The notes under the pieces are model-generated. The model ran no database searches. It had not been told where the DNA came from and saw only the letters and a program-made list of their open reading frames with translations. Below, one piece after another: positions 29,334 to 39,897 of a stretch of DNA of 64,000 bases. Origin of the DNA: a virus; the IMG/VR virus record IMGVR_UViG_3300032236_001530, positions 32,001-96,000 of that record. The stretch is one strand, 5' to 3'. How positions within the stretch are numbered: position 1 is the stretch's first letter; each line of letters starts with the position of its first letter. The translations under genes and the position numbers were made by a program.

Positions 29334-30182
29334 ATGAAGAAGATAATTACTTATATATGTTTTTTAACCTTAATAACATCTTGTGGTTTGTTTAAAAACC
29401 ATGTTAAAAGTGTTGATAATATTAAAAATACTTCTACAGATACACTATATGTAAACTCAATTAATATAGACTCTGTAAAAGAAATAAAAACAGAGGAGAT
29501 GAAACCTGATGAAGATGGAGAAGGCGTTGTTGATGTTGCTGATGGCTTGGCTGGTATGGGTAGTAATGAACACTCAAGAAAGGCTAATAGAAGACCAAGT
29601 AGTATAGAAGATAAACCAATAGAAGATAAGACTACACAAGACCAAATAATTAATCCAAATTTAGGTCTTGTTGCTTATTCTGTTCCATTAGAAATGATTG
29701 TAGGCAAAACTTATACAGCTAAACTAAGAATATCTAAAGAAAAAAATAAAATTGAATTGATAGGAGGTGATGGTGATCCTATAAGTGATGTTACAATAGA
29801 TTCAAAGATTACAATTGCTTCTATTAGGGTTGAACCTATTATGTCATCATCGTTAATATCAGATAGCTCAAAAATGGTAATACAAAATATATCATCACAA
29901 ACACAGGATATTGACAAAGATGGGTTTACTGAGTGGGAATGGAGATTAACACCGATAAAAGGCGGTGATGTTTTGTTAAGAATTGTTGTTGATGTTATTG
30001 ATCCAGCTACTAAGGTTAAGAAAGACATACCCGTTTATGATAAAGTTATAAAAGTTAAATCAAACTTAATATACGATATGGGTTGTTTTGTTAAAGATTA
30101 CTGGCAATGGCTTATAACTACAATAGTACTTCCATTTATTATTTGGTTTTATAATAAAAGAAGAAAAGAAAAAGAATCGTAA
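29334..30182 (+). CDS. Lipoprotein with C-terminal TM anchor
   Basis: Lipobox ITSC; WEWRLTP Ig-like domain; C-terminal TM and basic tail. Confidence 0.75.
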   Translation: MKKIITYICFLTLITSCGLFKNHVKSVDNIKNTSTDTLYVNSINIDSVKEIKTEEMKPDEDGEGVVDVADGLAGMGSNEHSRKANRRPSSIEDKPIEDKTTQDQIINPNLGLVAYSVPLEMIVGKTYTAKLRISKEKNKIELIGGDGDPISDVTIDSKITIASIRVEPIMSSSLISDSSKMVIQNISSQTQDIDKDGFTEWEWRLTPIKGGDVLLRIVVDVIDPATKVKKDIPVYDKVIKVKSNLIYDMGCFVKDYWQWLITTIVLPFIIWFYNKRRKEKES

Positions 30183-30301
30183 AATATTTATAACCATCTA
30201 AACCTTGGTTGGTACTAAATTATACCTCAATTTTATCATTTTTTGATGATCTTTTTACATTTTAAAACTTAATATATAAAGAAAATTAAGAATTAACCAC
30301 T

Positions 30302-32212
30302 ATGAAATTACTTAAATTTATAAGTAGCGCTTTGCTTCTTATGATCATTTCCTTACCAGCTTTCTCACAAACTGGTCCCCCAGCGCCTTCGTCCGGTAAC
30401 TGGGCTATTATCGATACCAACTATACAGTAGGTACAAACACTTTAGGTGTTACTAAAGCAAGAATCACTTTACAAAACACAACAGTTACAAAAACAACTG
30501 GCGTTCAGTTTAGAGTATTCTATGATAAAACAGCATTTGCTGCTGCAAGTGTTGCTTTAGTTGGCACACCTCCAAATTTATATCTACAATATGTAGATAA
30601 CAATGCAAATGGTTATGTTACTGTTACACTAGTTTATACTGGTTCAAGTAGTACATACTCACTATCAAATGGTCAAATGTTTGAAATAACATTTACGCAT
30701 GTTACTGCGACAACATTTGAGACATTATCATCAATTGGTAATCTAACTTGGACAGGAGCTTATCCTTATACTCAAGTAGCTTCAGCTCAATCTGGTATGG
30801 ATACCGTATTATCACTTTATAACTATGGTGGTAACTTTATCTTACCTCATCTATCATATCATGGTAGATTTGTTAACGTTACTGGTTCAGGTGCTAAAAA
30901 CTTAACATTAGCTCTACAAAAGAAACCTAAAACTGGTTCAACTTGGACAAATGTTAATACTTATGTAACAGATACTGCTGGTAGATTCTCATTCAATGAG
31001 ATTGTAGATACTACTTACTATAATGCTCGTTTAGCCGTTCAAGGTGATACAATGGGTGTTGGTAGTGTAATATCTGTAGCTGACGCACAATTAATTAACC
31101 AATGGGTTATTGGTGGTTCTACACCAACTGCTTGGAACTTCTACACAGGTGATGTAAATGGTGATAATAACCTAACTATCTCTGATGCTTATGGTGTTTT
31201 TGGTAGAATTGCTGGTAGATTCACTACTTGGCCAAATTCAGTTAAAGATATTAAATTCTTTACAGATGCTGAATACAACACAGTTGTTACATCACCATCA
31301 ACAAATATGACATCAACTGTTCCAGGTGTTACGAATTTCACATTTGATATCTTACCTGGTAATCCGGATTCAGTTATTTACCATGTATTAGTTCCGGGTG
31401 ATGCTAATAGCACAGGTTATCATATGGCTCGTCTAACTCCAATTGATATTATTAATCCAGTAAATGCTCCTAATCATTTAATTGATGAAACTGTTCAATA
31501 TGATTTTGTTGCACCTACTATTGAAGTAAATGTTCCTAATCTAACTGTTGAAGAAGGTAACTTAGTAAAACTTCCTGTTAAAGTATTTACAGGTGGCAGT
31601 AAAGTAGGATCTTTACAACTAGCCCTTAAATTTGATGGTAACTTATTAGAATTCAAACAAGTTATTAATAGTGAAAAAGCTATGAATTGGATGTCTTTTA
31701 TTAATCCAATGGATAGTGTTGTTGAGTGGGGTGGATATGATAGAACTAATGGTGAGAATCTATTCATCGATGGTGAAACAGTATTTACATTAGACTTCTT
31801 AGCTAAATCACCTAAAGACCAATGGGGTAAGTCACCTCTTTATACAACAAGAAAATTTGTTGGTGATGAAAGTTCTGGTGATATGAATTGTAAACCTACA
31901 AATGGTATCTATGCTGTCTATAAAATGGCAAATACATCAGTACCATTAAAATTAAATGAGATTTTAGTTTATCCTAATCCAACAACTGGTGAGGTTACAA
32001 TTAAGTTCAACAACCCAACAGATGGTATGGTTACTCTAGCATTTGTTGATGTTAATGGTAGAACTGTTAAAACAATATTAAATGAGTATATGCCAAGTGG
32101 TGATTATATCTACAGATCAAATTTAAGTGGATTTGCTGCTGGTAACTACTTTGCAACAATGACATCGGCTACAGCAATATCTGTTAGTAAAACGGTGTTA
32201 AATGATAACTAA
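30302..32212 (+). CDS. T9SS type A sorting-domain protein with cohesin-like and dockerin-like domains
   Basis: Signal peptide; GDVNGDNNLTISD; cohesin-like VKLPVKV..SLQLALKFD; CTD VYPNPTTG..DVNGRTV..GNYF. Confidence 0.8.
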   Translation: MKLLKFISSALLLMIISLPAFSQTGPPAPSSGNWAIIDTNYTVGTNTLGVTKARITLQNTTVTKTTGVQFRVFYDKTAFAAASVALVGTPPNLYLQYVDNNANGYVTVTLVYTGSSSTYSLSNGQMFEITFTHVTATTFETLSSIGNLTWTGAYPYTQVASAQSGMDTVLSLYNYGGNFILPHLSYHGRFVNVTGSGAKNLTLALQKKPKTGSTWTNVNTYVTDTAGRFSFNEIVDTTYYNARLAVQGDTMGVGSVISVADAQLINQWVIGGSTPTAWNFYTGDVNGDNNLTISDAYGVFGRIAGRFTTWPNSVKDIKFFTDAEYNTVVTSPSTNMTSTVPGVTNFTFDILPGNPDSVIYHVLVPGDANSTGYHMARLTPIDIINPVNAPNHLIDETVQYDFVAPTIEVNVPNLTVEEGNLVKLPVKVFTGGSKVGSLQLALKFDGNLLEFKQVINSEKAMNWMSFINPMDSVVEWGGYDRTNGENLFIDGETVFTLDFLAKSPKDQWGKSPLYTTRKFVGDESSGDMNCKPTNGIYAVYKMANTSVPLKLNEILVYPNPTTGEVTIKFNNPTDGMVTLAFVDVNGRTVKTILNEYMPSGDYIYRSNLSGFAAGNYFATMTSATAISVSKTVLNDN

Positions 32213-32287
32213 TAAAATTCCTAACCAACCTCTCAGAAATGGGTGGATGGTTAGCTAAAAATAAAACAAAAAATAAAAACAACAATT

Positions 32288-32617
32288 ATGGCAGAAGAAA
32301 CACAAAATGTGGAATCATCAAATGATGGTACATGGTCAAGTCTTAAAAAAACAATCATTGGTGCTATATCAACAGCAATTTTAGCTGGTGGTACTTGGGT
32401 AACTACACACTTATTTAGCGGTAGTGATTCAAAAGAAGAACACAAAACTGAACAAGTTGCAGCACCGGCTCCAGTTATTAATATTACAAATAGTAATGCT
32501 CAACAACCAGCAGCGGGTAATACAACTATTATAAAAGAAAGAGTTGTTGAAAAAGCAGCACCTGCTGAAAAGAAAGCAGAACCAAAGAAAAAAGATGAAA
32601 CTGATTCACCTTGGTAA
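32288..32617 (+). CDS. Single-pass membrane protein
   Basis: One TM, Ala/Pro-rich tail. Confidence 0.7.
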   Translation: MAEETQNVESSNDGTWSSLKKTIIGAISTAILAGGTWVTTHLFSGSDSKEEHKTEQVAAPAPVINITNSNAQQPAAGNTTIIKERVVEKAAPAEKKAEPKKKDETDSPW

Positions 32618-32655
32618 TTAGTATTAAAAAATTAAATAAAAAATAAATTAAAACA

Positions 32656-33306
32656 ATGGGATTTAAAGATTTTTTTAGTAGCAAAGCAGATTATGTAAAA
32701 GTAGACAATAATAACAGATTCTACTATATGCTTCAACAAATGCAAGTTAATAGATGGAAAATTACATCAATAGTATTAGGTATATTTGTACTTATAATTG
32801 TAGGTATTAATGCTGGTGTATTCTTAGGATCAAAAATTAATGAAGATTGGAAAGAAATGTTACTTATCTTATTAGGTGCTTTCGTTGGTAATCTTAACAA
32901 GGTTGTTGACTATTGGTTCAACTCTGAAGATAGAGATAAAATGTTGATTCAAAAAGTTGACGAGGAAGATGGTGTGTCACTTTCAAATGTTGCTGAGTTT
33001 CCAAACTCACCAAAGGTTGAAAAACCAATGCCTGATTATACATCATCAATGAAAAAAAAAGTTGATGTAGTTGAGACTCCAGTGGTTGAAACACCAGTGG
33101 TTGAATCAAAACCAACATCTGTTACAAAGGTAGAAATCGATGAAGATGGCGATGGTGTTACTGATGGTTATGATATTGATGGTGATGGCACTATTGATGA
33201 GTATTTCCCACATAGAAATTGTCAACACATTTGGGGTGACGCTGATGGTGATGGTTTTGAAGAATGTCAAAACTGTGGATTGTTAAGAAGTCAATCAGGA
33301 GAATAA
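32656..33306 (+). CDS. Membrane protein with DxDGDG Ca-binding repeats
   Basis: Two TMs; DEDGDG, DIDGDG, DADGDG; CQH..CQNC. Confidence 0.7.
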   Translation: MGFKDFFSSKADYVKVDNNNRFYYMLQQMQVNRWKITSIVLGIFVLIIVGINAGVFLGSKINEDWKEMLLILLGAFVGNLNKVVDYWFNSEDRDKMLIQKVDEEDGVSLSNVAEFPNSPKVEKPMPDYTSSMKKKVDVVETPVVETPVVESKPTSVTKVEIDEDGDGVTDGYDIDGDGTIDEYFPHRNCQHIWGDADGDGFEECQNCGLLRSQSGE

Positions 33307-33322
33307 AAAAATAAAATTAAGA

Positions 33323-34042
33323 ATGAAACCACTACTTTTAACCCTTATAATGATATTGTCTTTCGGTTTTTGTAGAGCTCAAATTGGCTCTATAAAAACT
33401 GAAGCATATCAAGCTGCGTTTGAAAAAACTCAGTCTATTGATAGTGTGTCTAACTATACAGACACAATTAAAGTTCCTATTCAATTATTAAAAATTGGTA
33501 TTAATGCGGAACTATATGAAATGTACCCTGAGCTTAAAGATAAAAGAGTAGGTCTAGGTGTTACAAACATTGTTATTGAATATTTAGAAATGACTAATAG
33601 ATTTGTCTTTACTGAAGATAAATTAGAAATTAAAGAAAGAATGGTTAGTCAATTTAAAGCTTCTGATAAAGGATTTACTGAAAATAAAATGGATGGTAGA
33701 GGTAAGATTAAACTTGCTAAGTACTTTGTTTATATTGAGGTTTATGACTTTTCAGTGTCAGAAGATGAAGTTGTTAAAATAAAAGGAGAATCTAAAACAA
33801 CACAAACAACAAGACTTGGTCTTCAAGTTAAATTTGTAGATGCTGAAACAGGTGAAATACTTGTTGGATCTGGTTTAGGTGAGGCATCAACTATTAAAAC
33901 AGAATCTATACTTGATGGTATAGACGAGACACCGGTTAAATTTAACCAATCTACAATCGGTACAACTACTAAAAAAGCACTTGAAACTGCTTCTTCTAGA
34001 ATTGTATCCAGAATGATAAAAAAGGGTATTTTTAAATCGTAA
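33323..34042 (+). CDS. CsgG/HfaB-like protein
   Basis: Signal peptide; GVTNIVIEYLEMTNRF..VKFVDAETGEILVGSGLG pattern. Confidence 0.7.
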   Translation: MKPLLLTLIMILSFGFCRAQIGSIKTEAYQAAFEKTQSIDSVSNYTDTIKVPIQLLKIGINAELYEMYPELKDKRVGLGVTNIVIEYLEMTNRFVFTEDKLEIKERMVSQFKASDKGFTENKMDGRGKIKLAKYFVYIEVYDFSVSEDEVVKIKGESKTTQTTRLGLQVKFVDAETGEILVGSGLGEASTIKTESILDGIDETPVKFNQSTIGTTTKKALETASSRIVSRMIKKGIFKS

Positions 34043-35578
34043 ATGTATGTCAAGAGCCTTATATTCGCAATCTTATTGTTTGTTTTACCTGATTTAGTGA
34101 GGGCACAGAACTATGTTTATTCATATGCTGACCCTTGTACCGGTGTATTAAAAACTATTAATGTCCCAACAAATGGAGTCACTGTTACTTATTTTGGACA
34201 AATGCACACTTTTAACCCTGCTGATTTTACAAATGGTAATTTCAGTAACTGGGCTAGTGGTGTTTTTGGATCATTTGGTGGGAATAACCCTTGTGGTTCT
34301 ACAATCGGCGTAAGTACAAGTGTTAGTATGGCTCAGAATAGTGCCATGAATGTTTTAAGTGTAATGAACTCATTATCAGCTATTAGTGATATTGCTAGCA
34401 GCATAGGTGGTAGCACCGGTGGATTAAATACAAATGGCGCTACTGAAAGTACAAAGAGTGGTGATGGTAAGTCATCAGATAAAAAAGATGATAAGTCTGG
34501 TTCTGGTGGATCATCATCGGATGATAAGTCAGGTGGTTCAGGATCAGGTGGTTCAGGATCGGGTGGTTCAGGATCAGGTGGTTCAGGATCAGGTGGTTCA
34601 GGATCAGGTGGTTCAGGATCAGGTGGTTCAGGATCAGGTGGTTCAGGATCAGGTGGTTCAGGATCAGGCGGTTCAGGATCAGGCGGTTCAGGATCAGGCG
34701 GTTCAGGATCAGGCGGTTCAGGATCAGGCGGTTCAGGATCAGGCGGTTCAGGATCAGGCGGTTCAGGATCGGGTGGTTCAGGATCAGGTGGATCTAATCC
34801 TGATAATTCTACAAATAGTTCAGCAACAACCGATAATGATAAAAAATCAAATATATTAGGTGGTTCCGTGACTTCCATACAAAATGGATCCGGAAGTGGA
34901 AGCAGTAGTAATAAAGGTGGTCCAGGTAGTAAAGAAGGTGGTAAGCCAACAATTGTTGTCAGCTCTGACTTTGCTGGTTTCAACTTCAAAAGTGGTGATG
35001 TTTCTTATGGTGGTAAAGCAACCGGTGGTTGGACAGCTCTTAATTGGAACGGTACAAGATCACATGGATTTATGTTAGATTACACATCAGCTAATAAAGG
35101 TCCTAACTTTACAGCATTTTATGCTATTATTAAAAAAAGAAGAATTGACCTTATATCCGTAACAGGAACAACAAGCTTTTATGGTGCTGGTTCATTATAT
35201 GGTACATTGGCACTTGGTCAGATGTGGAGTTTTCCAAAGATTAAAAATCTTAAAGCCATATATATGGCGACATCATCATATGGTAGTGTGTACGGTACAA
35301 AATTCTTAGGAACTGCATTCATCACTGGTGGTATGTATGACTTTAAAATAGGTAAAAGAACTCAAATTAAACTCACAAATTTATTTATATATGCTCCTTA
35401 TATCAGTTATTACAATGACATGGTTTTAAAATCCCCATATGTCATAATGCCTATTGTTGGTACAAATATAGGTATAACAAAAAAATTCAAACTAAACGTG
35501 AACTTTGGTGGAACATATGCCTTAGGCGAAAATGTTTTAAACTTTACGGTTATGATGGGGACAAGACTTGCTTTATAA
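34043..35578 (+). CDS. Secreted protein with (GSGGS)n linker and probable C-terminal beta-barrel
   Basis: Signal peptide, repeat linker, amphipathic beta-strand C-terminus. Confidence 0.7.
   Translation: MYVKSLIFAILLFVLPDLVRAQNYVYSYADPCTGVLKTINVPTNGVTVTYFGQMHTFNPADFTNGNFSNWASGVFGSFGGNNPCGSTIGVSTSVSMAQNSAMNVLSVMNSLSAISDIASSIGGSTGGLNTNGATESTKSGDGKSSDKKDDKSGSGGSSSDDKSGGSGSGGSGSGGSGSGGSGSGGSGSGGSGSGGSGSGGSGSGGSGSGGSGSGGSGSGGSGSGGSGSGGSGSGGSGSGGSGSGGSGSGGSNPDNSTNSSATTDNDKKSNILGGSVTSIQNGSGSGSSSNKGGPGSKEGGKPTIVVSSDFAGFNFKSGDVSYGGKATGGWTALNWNGTRSHGFMLDYTSANKGPNFTAFYAIIKKRRIDLISVTGTTSFYGAGSLYGTLALGQMWSFPKIKNLKAIYMATSSYGSVYGTKFLGTAFITGGMYDFKIGKRTQIKLTNLFIYAPYISYYNDMVLKSPYVIMPIVGTNIGITKKFKLNVNFGGTYALGENVLNFTVMMGTRLAL
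34529..34791 (+). repeat. 15-bp tandem repeat tcaggYggttcagga, about 17 copies, encoding SGGSG
   Basis: Near-perfect direct repeats. Confidence 0.95.
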
Positions 35579-35579
35579 G

Positions 35580-38552
35580 ATGAAAAAGATAGGATTATTA
35601 TTACTAACAACTTTATTATTTTTAGTTCCGAATTTAGTGTTAGCTCAAGCTACATCGATATCTATGTCTGGTTCAACATCGACTTTAACAGCATCATATA
35701 ATACAGCTACTGTTGTTGATCCAAACTTAACAATTAATGCAAATGGAACAATAACAAACTTCCGTGTTCAAATATCACAGACATACACATCTGGTGATGT
35801 TTTAGATTACACAGGTACTTTAAGTGGTGTTAGTGGTACTTTTAATTCAACTACCGGTGTGTTGGTTTTTACAGGTACTGCTGCTGCGGCAGATTGGCAA
35901 ACACTTTTAAGAACGGTTAGATTCAAATCAACAAGTACAACTTGTTATGCAAATCAAAGAAGAATTACATTCACCGCTGGTTCTGTTTATTATAATCCAC
36001 TAACATCTCACTTTTATGAGTTTGTTTCTGGTTCTATAACTTGGACAGGAGCATATACATCAGCAAGTGGTAGATCTTACTTTGGTAGAGCTGGTTATCT
36101 TTCTACAATGGCTTCATCTGCTGAGAATAACTTCATATGGAAAATTATGCCATCTGATGCTTGGTTTGGTGCTTCGGATGATTATACATATGTTAATGCT
36201 GCTTTAGGTACGACAACATACGCATCTCAATCTGCGGTAGAAGGTAAATGGCACTGGGTAACTGGTCCTGAAAAAGGAACTAACTTTTCTAATGGAAACA
36301 GTGGTGCTGGTCCTTATACTGTTACTGGTCAATATGCCAACTGGGCAGGTGGTGAACCAAATAACTCAGGTGGTAGTGAGAACTATGGACAATTCTACTC
36401 ATCAAATAATGGTATGTGGAATGACTTACCTAACTCAACTTTAAATGGATATATTTGTGAATATGGTGATATGCCAGGTGACTTAACAACAAGCAATCCT
36501 ATATCAACAAGAAGTATATCGATAACAAACGGATCTAGTGGTTATATAACTGGTGGTGATATAAATGTTTGTTCTGGTAGTAACAGTACAACACTTACAT
36601 TAAATGGATTAACTGGCTCAGTGGTTAGATGGGAGTCATCTTTAGATAACTTTTTTACAACTGGTACAACAATATCAAGTACTTCTACAAGTATCACCGT
36701 TACTAACATCACATCTACTACATATTATAGAGCTATTGTAAACTCAACAAGTCCTTACTCTTGTTCTTCATTGGCATCATCAAGTACCTATCTTACGGTT
36801 AAACCAACTATGTCAGGTTCGGTGTTTGCTGATAACAATACTATTTGTTCTGGTGGTAGTGTTAATCTTACTTTATCTGGTCAACAAGGTAATGTAAATA
36901 AATGGCAAAGATCATCTGATAATACAAACTGGACAGATATAAGTAATACAACTACTTCATTAACAGAAACTCTTTATGGTTTAGGTAATGGTTTAAATAT
37001 GGATGGATCTAACGATTATGTTTTACTTCCTAAACCAACTCTAAATAATATGACAATTGAGTACTGGGTAAAAACAACTCAAACATCATTAACAGGTACA
37101 CAATGGTATAATGGTAATGGTATAGTTGATGCTGAAGTTGCTGGCTCAACATCTGATTTTGGTACTTCATTATTAAATGGTAAACTAGCCTTTGGTGTAG
37201 GTAATCCAGATGCTACAATACAATCAACAACAAGTATTAATACAGGAGCATGGACTCACGTTGCTGCTACTTGGAATGGTTCAACTGGTGAAATGAAAAT
37301 TTATATTAATGGTGTTTTAGAAGCAACTGGTACTGGCGCAACTGGTACAAGAACAGCACCACCTAATATTAGAATTGGTTCTATACAAACAGGAATTCAA
37401 TATTTTAATGGAACTATTGATGAGTTAAGAATTTGGAATGTAGTAAGATCTCAAAGTGATATTCAATCTAATATGTATAGTGAGGTATCAACATCTTCTT
37501 CGCTATCATCTTATTATAAATTCAACCAAGGTACATCAAATGGTTCTAACTCAGGTCAAACATCATTAACTGATGCGAGTGGTAACAGTAACACAGGTAC
37601 TCTTTATAACTTTGCTTTAACTGGCACTACTTCAAACTGGACAGATGGTATGGGTGCTGGTTATTATTATCGTGTTGAAGTTCAAACACCAAGTTGTGGT
37701 GCCGCTGTTTATTCACCTTCTAAATTAATTACTGTAACATCTGGCACACCGCCAAATGGTGGTTCTGTTTCATCAGCTGTTCACGCGACTACTACAAACT
37801 CAGGTACACTAACTTTAAGTGGTTATACAGGAACAATTGTTAAATGGCAAAAATCTACAAACAGTGGTGTTACTTGGTCTGATATAGCTAATACAGCCGC
37901 TACATATAGTTACACAAACCAAACTGACGGGACTTTATTTAGAGCTCAGTTAACTAGTGGAACTTGTGGTAATGCTTACTCACAAGCTGGTATGATTACA
38001 GTAGCTCCTTTTGCTTATTCTGGTTACATATATAACTCAGAAGGTATTGGTGTTGCGGGTATACCTGTTAAGTTTTATTATAAAGATAAAACACAATCTA
38101 CATATACTTTAGTTGGTAGTTTTATAACTGATAGTAACGGTAAATATACAATAACATCAACTCTTAGTATTAACATATATGACTTTAGAATTGCAATTGA
38201 TAATTTATCTGTTGCGCCTCCAACTACAATTGATGCTCAATATTTTAATCAAAAAGTTTTATCACAAACATTTAACGCTAAAGATTATTATAGAATGGAT
38301 GTTAATGATAATAACAATTTAAACATTGCTGATGTTTATCAAATTTTCTATAGATTATCAGGTGGTATATCAAATTGGCAGTTTTCGGTTCCAGCTTATA
38401 GATTGTTCACATCATCTCAATGGTCTGTTATAAACTCATCTAATTTAAATTTGAAATCCACATATGTTGGAGTACAATCAATTGTAGTTGATTCATTAAT
38501 ATCTAACGGTTCAACTAATTTATATTTAATTAGAACAGGTTATAAACAATAA
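35580..38552 (+). CDS. Large secreted adhesin: C-type lectin + LamG + C-terminal dockerin-like domain
   Basis: NWAGGEPNN..WNDL..YICEY (CTL); WTHVAAT..IYING..FNGTIDELRIWN (LamG); MDVNDNNNLNIAD. Confidence 0.82.
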   Translation: MKKIGLLLLTTLLFLVPNLVLAQATSISMSGSTSTLTASYNTATVVDPNLTINANGTITNFRVQISQTYTSGDVLDYTGTLSGVSGTFNSTTGVLVFTGTAAAADWQTLLRTVRFKSTSTTCYANQRRITFTAGSVYYNPLTSHFYEFVSGSITWTGAYTSASGRSYFGRAGYLSTMASSAENNFIWKIMPSDAWFGASDDYTYVNAALGTTTYASQSAVEGKWHWVTGPEKGTNFSNGNSGAGPYTVTGQYANWAGGEPNNSGGSENYGQFYSSNNGMWNDLPNSTLNGYICEYGDMPGDLTTSNPISTRSISITNGSSGYITGGDINVCSGSNSTTLTLNGLTGSVVRWESSLDNFFTTGTTISSTSTSITVTNITSTTYYRAIVNSTSPYSCSSLASSSTYLTVKPTMSGSVFADNNTICSGGSVNLTLSGQQGNVNKWQRSSDNTNWTDISNTTTSLTETLYGLGNGLNMDGSNDYVLLPKPTLNNMTIEYWVKTTQTSLTGTQWYNGNGIVDAEVAGSTSDFGTSLLNGKLAFGVGNPDATIQSTTSINTGAWTHVAATWNGSTGEMKIYINGVLEATGTGATGTRTAPPNIRIGSIQTGIQYFNGTIDELRIWNVVRSQSDIQSNMYSEVSTSSSLSSYYKFNQGTSNGSNSGQTSLTDASGNSNTGTLYNFALTGTTSNWTDGMGAGYYYRVEVQTPSCGAAVYSPSKLITVTSGTPPNGGSVSSAVHATTTNSGTLTLSGYTGTIVKWQKSTNSGVTWSDIANTAATYSYTNQTDGTLFRAQLTSGTCGNAYSQAGMITVAPFAYSGYIYNSEGIGVAGIPVKFYYKDKTQSTYTLVGSFITDSNGKYTITSTLSINIYDFRIAIDNLSVAPPTTIDAQYFNQKVLSQTFNAKDYYRMDVNDNNNLNIADVYQIFYRLSGGISNWQFSVPAYRLFTSSQWSVINSSNLNLKSTYVGVQSIVVDSLISNGSTNLYLIRTGYKQ

Positions 38553-38604
38553 GAAACTAAATCCAAATAAATACGACTTTTAAAAAAATAAATATATAAA
38601 TATT

Positions 38605-39066
38605 ATGAAAAAACTTTTATTTACGCTATTATTTTTAGCACCATTTATTACTTTTGCTCAATTACAACAATCTTGTGTTCATGTGGATTCAGTTTACTCA
38701 ACTTGTAAAGCAAAAGATTTAGGCAGAAGAGACATTAGATTTGGTATTAAACAAATTGTAGATGATGAATTATCAAATAAGTATTGTTTATCAGATTCTG
38801 GTGAACCTCTAAGAGTTGAGATTTATTATTTTGGAACACCAAAAACAACATTAAGAATTGCTGGTATTGAGAAAACAGACCAATTAACGCAAGTAGGTGT
38901 TAGAATTTACTACAAAGGACAAAAATATGAAGGTATTGGTGAATCTGAAGTTGAGGTAAGAGCTGTCCTAATTGAATTAGTAGATGGTAAAGTACCATTT
39001 AGTCAAACAGCTGTTTCATCCGCTATAAAGAAAGGAATCATCGAATGTATATCAAAAATGCCTTAA
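38605..39066 (+). CDS. Secreted protein, short CsgG-like paralog
   Basis: QLTQVGVRI..GIGES..PFSQTAVSSAIKK resembles the C-terminal half of 33323. Confidence 0.6.
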   Translation: MKKLLFTLLFLAPFITFAQLQQSCVHVDSVYSTCKAKDLGRRDIRFGIKQIVDDELSNKYCLSDSGEPLRVEIYYFGTPKTTLRIAGIEKTDQLTQVGVRIYYKGQKYEGIGESEVEVRAVLIELVDGKVPFSQTAVSSAIKKGIIECISKMP

Positions 39067-39497
39067 TACTTTTATTTATACTTCTATCTAGTAATTTATT
39101 TGCGCAAACTCAAATAGATGACGTTGGAGATGGTTGGAAATTAAAAGTAGACTCAGCTATCAATTTGATAAAAAAGACCAGCCCTGAGCATTATAAACAG
39201 GTTTCTGAGTATTGTAAACATGTTAGTTACTGGATGGGTGGATTTTCAACAACTCAAGATTCTGATATCGTTTTGATATCAACAAAAGATATGAAAATAG
39301 GCTCAGTTAATAACATAGCTTGTATATTAGTTCATGAGTCTCATCACTTGTATATTAAGAGTAAACATATAATACTAACCCCTAAAAAAGAAGAATTGGA
39401 ATGTTATATGTATGAATATGAGTTCATAAAGAAAGTAAACAACCCTGAAAACTGGCTGATTACACACATTATAAAAAATATTATTAATAATAAATAA
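39045..39497 (+). CDS. Secreted HExxH metallopeptidase-like protein
   Basis: Signal peptide; LVHESHH..EELEC. Confidence 0.65.
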   Translation: MYIKNALILLFILLSSNLFAQTQIDDVGDGWKLKVDSAINLIKKTSPEHYKQVSEYCKHVSYWMGGFSTTQDSDIVLISTKDMKIGSVNNIACILVHESHHLYIKSKHIILTPKKEELECYMYEYEFIKKVNNPENWLITHIIKNIINNK

Positions 39498-39526
39498 AAA
39501 ACCCACCAATTGGTGGGTTTCTTTTT
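39496..39526. terminator. Bidirectional intrinsic terminator
   Basis: AAAAAACCCACCA-AT-TGGTGGGTTT. Confidence 0.8.
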
Positions 39527-39893
39527 ACTTAATACTCTCAAGTATATTCTTAATCTCTTCCAAGTGATACTTGTTACTTTTAACACTTTTCATTTTCTTT
39601 TCTAAGAAAAGGTTATTACTGATAACACACTTAGCATTGTTGTTATAATATTTGATATAAGAATCAATGTCAATTTTGCTAAGTTTGTAGTTAGAACTTC
39701 CTATCTTTTCAAGTTGGAAAAAGTCCTCGTTTATTTTAATTACTTTGAAATAAGTGAATTCATTGTAGTCATATTCGTGATAACTACCTTCAGCATTCCA
39801 CTTAAAAGTTGCCTTTGGTTTCACAAAAGTGTGTTGAGATGTTTTAGTTAAATAATTAACGATTTCTTGTTTGATTTGTTCTGCGTTTTTCAT
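39525..39893 (-). CDS. Hypothetical protein, last gene of the amber-gated operon
   Basis: ORF. Confidence 0.65.
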   Translation of the reverse strand: MKNAEQIKQEIVNYLTKTSQHTFVKPKATFKWNAEGSYHEYDYNEFTYFKVIKINEDFFQLEKIGSSNYKLSKIDIDSYIKYYNNNAKCVISNNLFLEKKMKSVKSNKYHLEEIKNILESIK

Positions 39894-39897
39894 AATA

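Noticed and set aside
34333-35078. PDPEP and QDQVV repeat ORFs
   Set aside because: Shadows of the GSGGS repeat.
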